Assembly: GCA_964016885.1 (NCBI GenBank)
Contig: OZ024740.1
Location: forward strand, 352,222,001 to 352,286,000
Direction: 5' to 3'
Length of the DNA stretch: 64,000 nt
Source: Eledone cirrhosa
Lineage: Eukaryota
This document shows positions 54,621-64,000 of the stretch, piece by piece. Made by a program: the position numbers and the translations under genes. The notes under the pieces were generated by a model. The model did no database searches, was not told where the DNA came from, and saw nothing but the letters and a program-made list of their open reading frames with translations. The stretch's first letter is position 1. The number at the start of each line of letters is the position of its first letter.

Positions 54621-55593
54621 CCACATTATTTAATATTCCCTTATATAATGTGTGTGTGTGTAATAACACGCATGCACTTTCTGATGAAAGCCCAACTAGG
54701 CTTGGAAGCCGGTTAAAAGGTGAGCCGGTGTTACATTACAGAGAAATTCTGATATTTGGCATGTTTACCTGTCTAGATACTAAAATGTATAAATTTATAA
54801 ACACATTACGCTGTCTCGGTTACTCCTATTCTGTATATAGAAAGATATAATCATCGCACACACACACACATATATATACATTACATACGCACTGAAGCTG
54901 ATACTTTCTGAATTTGAGGTGTCGCGTTTCCTATCCTCAGACAAAATATAAAGACTCTTCTTATTTTGTCTAAGGATCGGAGACGTGTAACTTAGCCTCA
55001 ATATATATAGTAACTCCAGATGTCTCGATCCGTCCTTTCTGGTCGTATTTCCTGAAGTCTTCAATCCGGTCTCATTTTGAAGTATGTCTATGAAGTTGAC
55101 TACCCGCAGTGTGGGCCTCGCGAGCTGGAATGGCTCTTCTAGCACGTCTTCCTCACCGTCCTCAGAGGAAACGCTTTCTCTATTCTGTCCGCTGTGGCCA
55201 CGAGGTGGCCAGCGCGTGGGCCCCTATTTGCTCATAATAGTGAGAGATGGGGAAAGCGGGAGAGTCGGAGGCAGTGACAGTGGGAGTTTGGTACCTTTGT
55301 GTTCGGACATGGTGTATATGTTTATGTTTCACTCTCACTGTTATAAAGAAACACTGAAAGTATCTCCATTTTATCTCAGTGTCTGCAAACCTCCATTACT
55401 GACCCCATAGCTTTCATTTCCTCATCCTCCGCCATCTTTAGTTAGCTAGGTGTCTCCCATCGTTAATCCATCCGCCCGCTAGCTGCCAAGCTCTGGATAT
55501 TGTAATTAGTATTTTCAGGTCAACTGTTACACAACCACTATAATAACTAAGGTCATCAAAAGAAAAGTGATGCTAGTTACGGAGGAGTGATAG

Positions 55594-55787
55594 TAGACTT
55601 GTCAAATCTCCCCGTCTGGCGGGAGATCTCCCATCCACTTTGGGGAGGGTGAGAGATGTCTTCTCTTGTGAAAATGGGTTAAACTTTCATTATGTAAAAT
55701 CTCCCCAGTTTGCCTCACTTCTCCCCGTTTTGGGACACTTTTTTTCATGATACTCCCCGTTTGGGTTTTTAGAGGTTGGCAGGTTTG
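55594..55787. mobile_element. MITE family A, copy 4
   Basis: Matches 25721-25916 along its length. Confidence 0.8.
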
Positions 55788-56224
55788 TTGTAAGCGTATG
55801 ATAATGAGATTGTATATATGTTAGTGCTGAGAGTGTAGATACTGGTGTGTTAAATTTAATCGGGGTTTGGTTGGTAGTTATGGTGTATATGTGCATGCTT
55901 GTATACAAGGGCATGCATTTATTATAATCACGGATAATGTTATCGAAATTAGTGGCTATCCCATTCTTTAAAAGCAATGTTAAATTATCTGCTTATTAGA
56001 ATCAAAGATCCATGATTCTCTGCTTAAAGTTATCAGTCGGGAATTGCTAACGAAAAAGCTTCGCCCCGAAATTATCACAATGAGCGGCTTTCACTGTATA
56101 TATTTTAATTCATATGAGAAAACAAGAAGAGTTAACATGTTTTTCGTAAAGCTGTAGTTCACCTCAATGCTGTTTTGTTCAACAGCTTGCTGAATTCATA
56201 GCCGTTCAGGCGTCGTAAACGATA

Positions 56225-56460
56225 ACAAATGCAATTCATCGAATTCTACGTCGTTGATAATTATCCTTCCATAAGACAGAATCTTTTAAATTCCATTAAT
56301 TTTTTCAGAATATCCACTAATATCACACAAAATGACTTACATTTCAGTATGGATACCAAAAGATCTCTGCTTTTTAATAGATTGGAAATGACAGGACGGG
56401 CGGTTTTAATAGCATTGCGAGTAGCTTTGATGAAGTCGTATTATGCGAGCTTGTAAGCTT
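56225..56460 (+). pseudogene. Degraded PLE RT fragment
   Basis: FIEFYVVDNYPSI..NLL..I.F....I...D......KRSLLFN resembles PLE RT motif A and the following helix. Confidence 0.55.
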
Positions 56461-57859
56461 GTTCTAGTTTTCATGAAATAGTTCTAACCCATAGTATAGG
56501 AGCTGTGATTTCTCAATTCGGATAAGTAGCGGCTCTACCTGGAGTAACTCTAATCTCTGAGTCACGCACTTTATCGAGTAACGTTACTCCAAAAACCCTT
56601 CGGAGGAATCCCATTTCGGCCTCTTGTATTCGCGATCGGTCATTCGCGATCGGTCATTGCCGAAGATTCATGACCTATGGGTTCGCACGAAAACCGAATT
56701 GAAGGTAGCGAGTTTGGCTTTTACACCTACCTTCCTTCTTCTGATTACTGAAAGCTGAATTATAAATGACAAATTTGAAATAACAATGTAAAGATTTCAA
56801 TTTTTTAGAAAAAGGTTTAATAAATTTGAAGATGAATTTTGAAAGTGTCTTTAACAATTTTGAAATGTTCTGAATATAATGTTGAGGCTTAGCATCTTGT
56901 AAAGTTTTTGACTGAGTTAAAATTTACTGCTAATGGTTTGTGAAACATTGCTTTCACAAAGCAAACAATTCCTGCAGTTTTCCTATAATTGATATAATTG
57001 AATAGTTGACTTGAAGTGAGTATGAATTAATTTGATATATAAAATGTGATGTTTGTACAGTAAAGCCAATGTCGATCTGAAGAGAAGAGAACGTGATGAG
57101 AAGAACGCAGTTCACTTTTTTTTTCAGATAGGTTACATGAACATTTTAGAACTATTTTATGCAAAAACAAAACTGAAATTGTGTAGGTCGGGCTTTCGAT
57201 TCCCATCCGATGACAAAAATTTCACAGCAACCTTTTTTCCATGTTAGTGCATCTATAACACATTTATTCAATCCAACCTGGAGCTAAACAATAACTATTA
57301 GTTTCTAATTTTCACTGAATCTAGCTGCATATGAGATTACTTGGTAAGTAAAACGTAAATATGCTATTGCAACGTCCCTACTCAAATCTTTTCAAGACAT
57401 TATCAGATAGTTCTTCTGATGTATCGTTGATTTGCACGTTCTATAATAAAAGTTATGTATATGCATATAATATACTAACCGTAAAGTAAATATTTATTAT
57501 TTGAACAGATTGAAAGTTTAAGTACAAAATCTCTGCTTTCACCTTATAGTAAATTTGTATGATCGATATGTTGTGTTTGTGTCTCTCTCATTTTATAATT
57601 TTAAAAAATTAATATCATAATTACGTACGCTAATCTAGCGAAAATAAGTTTCTAAAACAAAATTAAAAAGTTATTCCACAGATTAAATAGTATGGCATTA
57701 GGATCCATCATTGACTTTTCAAAAATAATTTTTATAAAAAAATAAAAAAAATGGTTCTAACTTTTACTGATACTGTATCGTTGTTTGCCACATTAATAAT
57801 CACCATCCTGAAGAGATATAAGTTCCGTCCATGTCTATGTGACTTGTCTCATACAACTT

Positions 57860-58060
57860 CTTCGCCCACTTAATCCTGGGAGGGTCGTGGGGTCAGAGTC
57901 CTCAAACACTCCTTCCAGCGGGTCTTGCCAGAAGCAACCGTCTCCAACTGATCTGGCTGGATCCCCAAGCGAGACCAGCCAAGTTCATCAATGTTTTCCA
58001 ACCATCTTGCTCGCGGACTACCTCTGGGTCTCCTGTCGGTTGGTTTTGCCCGTAAAATCT
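57860..58060 (-). pseudogene. RTE 3' fragment
   Basis: AKPTDRRPRGSPRARWLENI...RW; same family as 61655-62435 and ~56500-56755. Confidence 0.7.
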
Positions 58061-59337
58061 GAAGTAAGTAATTTAAAATGACGATCAACAAACGTGAAAT
58101 GCTATCCGACCACACCTTTACCCACCCTTCATCAGAAATTTCACAAATGTTGGTTTGTTACATCTAACGTTAAACAAAATGACGGGAGGGGCTAATTATT
58201 TTTATTTATTTAGTGTTTAACCCTATGTTATTTGAAATAAAATTTAAACCAGACCCTTTTCTAAATCTACATCGACAGCAAAAAAAAAATTGCAAGTTTC
58301 GTTGGAAACAGAAAGACGAAACCAGATCAGTTAAGTGGTGAACGAGTTTGCTTATTTCTTGATTATTCCTCTAATATTTAATTTCACTTTGCCAGCAAAA
58401 GCATATTACGAGTTTATATACCAAATTACTCGACACCAACTAAACAAATAATAGATAAATAAAGTACTGAATATGTCTTGGTTATTTATATCAATGTCTG
58501 CTTGCGGGGGAGTTTGTGCGTGTTGAGATGTCGGGTTTAGTGCTTCAATGCTAGTATGTATTAGTACAACAGGCTTATATTACACACGAGAAAGAGAATT
58601 TGAATCTGTCTGATTTATGACAACAGAGCAAGCAGACGACATAAGAAGGCAGTTGCTTAGGAAGTATTGCATTCTTTTTCACGAACGTCTCGCCCTTCAC
58701 TAAATGAATGTGGCAGAGAAAAGAAGAAATTCCACGCCGTTCTTCTTTTTTTACTTCTTAAAGTAAAAGAAAATGACAAAAGGAATCGTCAAACACAAAC
58801 AGAAAAGAGGAGGGAAATAGGTTGGCAATAAGTGTTCATTTCTTTTCCGTCTTAAATTGATAAACATTTCACTACAAAAGTTTAACATATTTTTCGTTTC
58901 AATATCATTCTTGTTTGCTTTCATGATTTAACTGGTATAAGTTCATATAATAAATGACAATCATAGAAATATTGTCAAAGGGAAACACTTCATATAAATA
59001 AAACAAGGGATTTACTTACGAGAATTATCCTATATTGTTTATAAATATAAATCATAAGAACATTGTCGAGTTTAAAAGATCGTAACTCATAATTTAGAGA
59101 TTCACCAAATTATATTCGTTAAAGAAGGAAAGAAAGAAAACACAAGAAAACCGAGAGAGGGACAAGTAGTAGGGAATAAAATAGATGCCAACTTGTATAT
59201 ATGTCTATTTTACATTAGAACAAGGCCAGAGATTAATAAAGAAGTGAAAATGAGATGGTGTAACTTACATGCCTTTTACAAACGAAACAATATTGGTTTC
59301 TAGAAATGAATACGAAATGTATTATTATTACTAATAG

Positions 59338-59545
59338 AGTGGTGGATTGGCAGTATCGATAGAGCGTCGGACAACATGTTTTGTGGCAAAGAGTTATAGC
59401 GCTTTACGTTCTGAGTTCAAATCCCGCTGAGATTAGCTTTGTTTTTCATCCTCACATGATCGATAAATTAAAGTACCAGTACGCACTGGGGTCGATATAA
59501 TCGACCTTCCTATTCCCTTCAAATTGTTGTCCTTGTGCCAAAAGT
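59338..59545 (+). mobile_element. tRNA-derived SINE family 1, diverged
   Basis: A box, B box and core present. Confidence 0.75.
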
Positions 59546-61654
59546 AGCTATTCCAGTTCTGAGAATAGCCAGAGCAAAAACCAAAATAGGAGTCGATCAT
59601 CCTCAGCACCAGGAGCCGACTAGGTAGGGAATCAAGAACCCGGGGGCGTCTCCTCCTCCAGTACATGACTAGTCGAAAGATGGTGGCAGCCGTTTTATAT
59701 AGAAAGGGGGGTGTAAGAGCGCTGGAATTGCACAGGCTACACCCTAAGTATTGGTCAAGAGTGGAGGTGGGTTTTTTTAGTTTTATCCTTTGACCGAAGA
59801 CTAGTGCCAAATCTTTAGAACATAATGGGCTCCCAAGGGTTAGGTTGTGGTTATAAACCAAGTGACGGAATAAGAACAGGTATAGATTATCTGATGAGCT
59901 TCCGTACAGTTTCTACCTAACCAATTTTACTCGCATGGCTTATTTCGACCTGAGGCTATGGAAGAAAACATGGTCAAGGTGTCGCACAAATAGATCGAAC
60001 CCGGAACCATATGGTTTGAAAGCGAACTCCTGAAACGCAATCATAATATCCTGAAAGACAGCCAATCTTGATCAGATTTGAACTGACTATAAAATATGGT
60101 AGCATTAGTCTGGTGCTATTTCGTATATATCAATTCACTGCTCTATTAACGTACAGGGAATATTACAAATTACACTGTTGAACATATAAATTAATTCCAT
60201 TTAAGAATATATTTCTAATTTTTCCATAAAATAATATTGGTATTATAACCTCCAGAGAGAACATTTATTTTTCTGAGGCGACAGCGTCCCTTGTAGTAAA
60301 ATGTTAAAGCCAAAGAAAAAGATAAGTTACATTTTTTTTCTTTGCAGCATCCTATATAGAAAAAGATTTGGAAAGAATAGATGACACTTGGAATTGCTGG
60401 TGGGAAGTTGCAGCCCCTCCCTTCCCGGTTACAAGAGCTTTGAAAAGTAAGATATAACCCTTTTTTATACTTTTTTTTTTTAATCTTACTAATTAGTAAC
60501 GATTGGATACTCCGTTTAGCTTTTAACGACAGAAACCGAAGCGGTAAATTGTTTACCAGGAATTTCAATTCTAAAAGGGAAACAAAAAACAAACTAGACC
60601 CGCTGGGAAAGGTCGCTCTACTTTATGGAAAACCAAATGAACATGTCTTCTGAGTGTTTAAGGGACTTACTGGGTTAATTTAAAATAAATATAAACAGCA
60701 AGTTATGCTCGGCTAGGCGCGAAACCTTGTCTAGCAATAAGCGCCAGACGACTTATAACGCATGAAACTACGACTAAAGACAGTAGGAGTTACATGACAT
60801 TGTTCGGAGGGTGAGAAAAATATGTTGGAAAACAATATTACACTATTTATCTATCAATAATAGAATAAAAAATCTAAGAGAGTTTGTCAATATCAATAGA
60901 TTTGTTGACAATGAATTATCATACTAGTGTCCTTAAATTGAGGAGTTTTTAATAATTCCTTGACATCGAAATATTCTATTTTAACCGACAAGACCTAAAC
61001 CTCTGAAGTTGTAATCGTTTATTGGGGGAGATAACAAAAAAAAAGCCCTCGATAAATGATTCTTAGTATTTAGTTAAGTGCCTCTTACTTCTTTCTTTAT
61101 GCCCTACCTAAGTCAATTAGGTACGTACAACTAACGTCATATAGTCGATTTAATAGTAATGGTTTATATAATTCGATGATCGATAAAGGCAGCTCTAAAG
61201 TATTCGTTTATATACATTACATATGGGGACATATCAGCTTGGTGGGGCCCGTTCTTCCTTAAGTTAAACTTAAAGGATAGTAGAATAAATGAAATAACAC
61301 TCGTTAATTTTACAATACTCCTACTTTTTACAGCATAAACTATATTGTCTTTTGGTACCCTGTTACAACTATATGAACTAAGTCGTTAAGAGTTAAAATA
61401 CTTGACCAAGGACACAGCTCAGTACTAGTGACAACAAAAAATGAAGGGACACGGTGAGTTAATAATTTGTTGATTCAGCCAATTGCAACATCTAGGGTAA
61501 GCTAACCTGGTGGAGCCTTTCCCTTTCTTTTCCAGGAGTTGACAAAATCATGAAAACTAACAAATATAAAAAGTTATCCAGCGGTGTCAACGTTGATATG
61601 TGTCAACGTTGATATGCATGACAAGGAATACTACGACGTATGGCCTAAACATCT

Positions 61655-62435
61655 AGGGGGATTCTTTTACAGCTCTTCTTCGTCCACATTTCTGAGAGGG
61701 TCGTGAAGGCAAAGTCCTCAAGCACGTCTTGCAACGGGTCCTGCGAGAAGCAACCGTCTCCAATGGATCCAGCTGGATCTCCAAGGGCGACGAGCTGAGT
61801 TCAATAGATGCTATCCAACCATCTTGCGTGGGGTCTACAACTGGGTCTCCTGTCGGTTGGTTTTGCCCGTAAAATCTGTTCAGTGATTCTATCCTGAGAC
61901 ACTCTAACCACATGTCCGTAATCTTTCAATTCCAAGAAGTAGCAGCTCTACCTGGAGCAACTCTTTGATCTCCAAGCTATGCACTATCGAGTAACGTTTC
62001 ACCAAAGACCCTTTAGAGGAAAGCCATTCAGTCGCTTGTATTCGTGATCTTATTCTTTCAGTCATTCCCCAAGATTCATGACCATAGGAAAAGGTTGGCT
62101 CGTATACGGAATTGAAGAGAGCGAGTTTGGCTTTTACGCCCACCTCCCTTCTGATTACCAAATGCTGAAACTGACACATTACTCCACCAGCTGCTGGCAA
62201 ATTTCTTCCACTTAATTCAGCCTCCTGCCTTCCATCACTCGTGAAAACGACCCTGAGATACTTGGAATTCTCCACCATCTTCAGTGGAACTCCACTCACA
62301 TGTAGAGTACACTGCATAGACTTCCTTGTGAGTATGAGTGTCTCAGTCTTCGCAGCACTGATTTTCATTCCTGCCGTAAACCTATCAAGTGCACGTTGGA
62401 AATCACCTGATGAGTTAAGTAACACTGTCGTCTGC
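61655..62435 (-). pseudogene. Degraded RTE (Expander-like) 3' half
   Basis: GMKISAAKTE..KYL.V.FTSDGR..KAKLALFNSVY.PT.SYGHESW.MTERIRSRIQA.E. Confidence 0.8.
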
Positions 62436-64000
62436 AAATTCCACTTACAAACCGGCTACGCATATCAATCCTGTCCAATATTTGGAACAGGGGAGCTCAC
62501 ACCCTCGCGGAGTCCGACACCCACATTGAATGGTTTCAACTTAGTATTTGTGTTCGGATAAATGGTGCTAAGGCATTCATATAGAAAATTAGGGCAACAA
62601 GTAGCTATCCATCGATCCCTGTCTGCTGATAGGTGAAGAATTCACGAGAAATGACAATGTAGCCATTTTAAAAATATGGCATCAGTGACGCAATAGACAG
62701 TACTAAAGTAACATTTTTCTTCGAAAATGATAAAGCATCTAATAATTTTAAAAAAATCGTCCAGAATAATACTTTTTCTTTAATGTCAGCCAGGTTGAAT
62801 TTTTGTTTTAAATACTAGTTTTTCTTTAAAATAAAGATGCGTTTTATATCCCGAAAAAATACGGTAAGTAATGAGAGCGTTTTGGGAAGCGGGCGAGAGA
62901 TTTAGGTGTCACATTAGTGTGCGGTCGCCTGCAGTATCCGGAGTTAACGTTATGTAATAACCGGACCTGTTTACCGGTTTAGTTTCTGTAGTTGCGTTTA
63001 ATTGCATGCTGAACTGTAAAAGTACAGGTAAAACTCAGGTAATGCGTATATGACCAGATATAACACACAAAGTGGTACCGAGATTTACACTTGGGAATAT
63101 TTAACAAATTAAAAGCCAATTCATATTTAAGAAAATTATTAGGACTGAAAAAAATAATGGTTTCTGATTTGCGCACAACGCCGGCATTTTTGGAGGAAAG
63201 GGAAAGACGATTAAATTGATCCAGTACATTACTGGTACTTATTTCATCGACACTGTACGATGAAAGGCAAAGCTCACCTCGGACTGAAAAAAATGTTATA
63301 ACTATTGTTGAGAGTTTATGTCGAAAAACGTAGAGTAAATATAGCAACTGTACATACAACCATCTATCATTTCACTACGTACACACCGACCGTAATTTTT
63401 GGTGCACATATTTATGTAATGTATTCTCGGATCTCGAATAATCGGCCATCACTCTCGCTAATTAATTTTTCAAATTTTTTTCCAATTTTCTTTATACATT
63501 AAAAAGATTACACATGACAAAGTACATTATTAGAAATCTCATACGTTATAAAATAAATAGGATGGGTTCTCATTATGTAAACTAAACGACTAATTCTGGT
63601 AAAAAAAAATATCAACGGAGACAACCTAGAAAAATTAGCGATTTTCCAACCAGCAGGGCGCTGGAATGTAACCGGGTTGTTAAGCGGGGCGTTCGTTTAA
63701 CGACCAATTCGTTTTACGAATAATTCGGAGCCTGGTCGTCGTTTTCCTCCGCCAAATCGAGCAGAAGGCATCACTTATGATTAAAAAATAAAATTTAAAA
63801 AAAAAAAAAAAAAAAAGGAGCTTCATGGCTAATGCAACGGGTATCACTGACTCTTCACCGCAACAATGTTTTCGCCATCTTTTCCGCGGTTCGCAGCCAA
63901 GTGTGTAGAGATTACCCACTCCCTGTTAGCCCCATCTTTTCTTCTCATATTTAATTATTAAATAGCTACTGAAGCGACTGAGAGTATTTACATAATCAGG

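Overview
AT-rich, microsatellite-dense animal DNA. The dominant tRNA-derived SINE families suggest an octopus or other cephalopod (inference). There is one 200-N scaffold gap and no confidently identifiable host gene; the window is almost entirely mobile DNA: RTE-clade LINEs, a CRE-clade fragment, Penelope-like element (PLE) remnants, SINEs, MITEs, Helitron-like pieces and a young non-coding LTR element. The main discovery is a 4.56-kb array (37151-41713) of near-identical 310-bp units. Each unit carries a minimal type I hammerhead ribozyme (CUGAAGA...GAAAC-GC-GUA) inside a long helix, and the first ~3.8 units are inverted. This fits a retrozyme or circular-RNA-derived insertion. A diverged solo relative at 21447-21800 keeps the same hairpin domain, and many hammerhead-bearing mini-insertions and PLE protein remnants lie in the same window. 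Two further points stand out: the LTR element's tRNA-Trp primer-binding site extends 32 nt with a substitution exactly at tRNA position 58, and one RTE copy shows twin-priming geometry. Most short ORFs in the supplied track are microsatellite or antisense artefacts.
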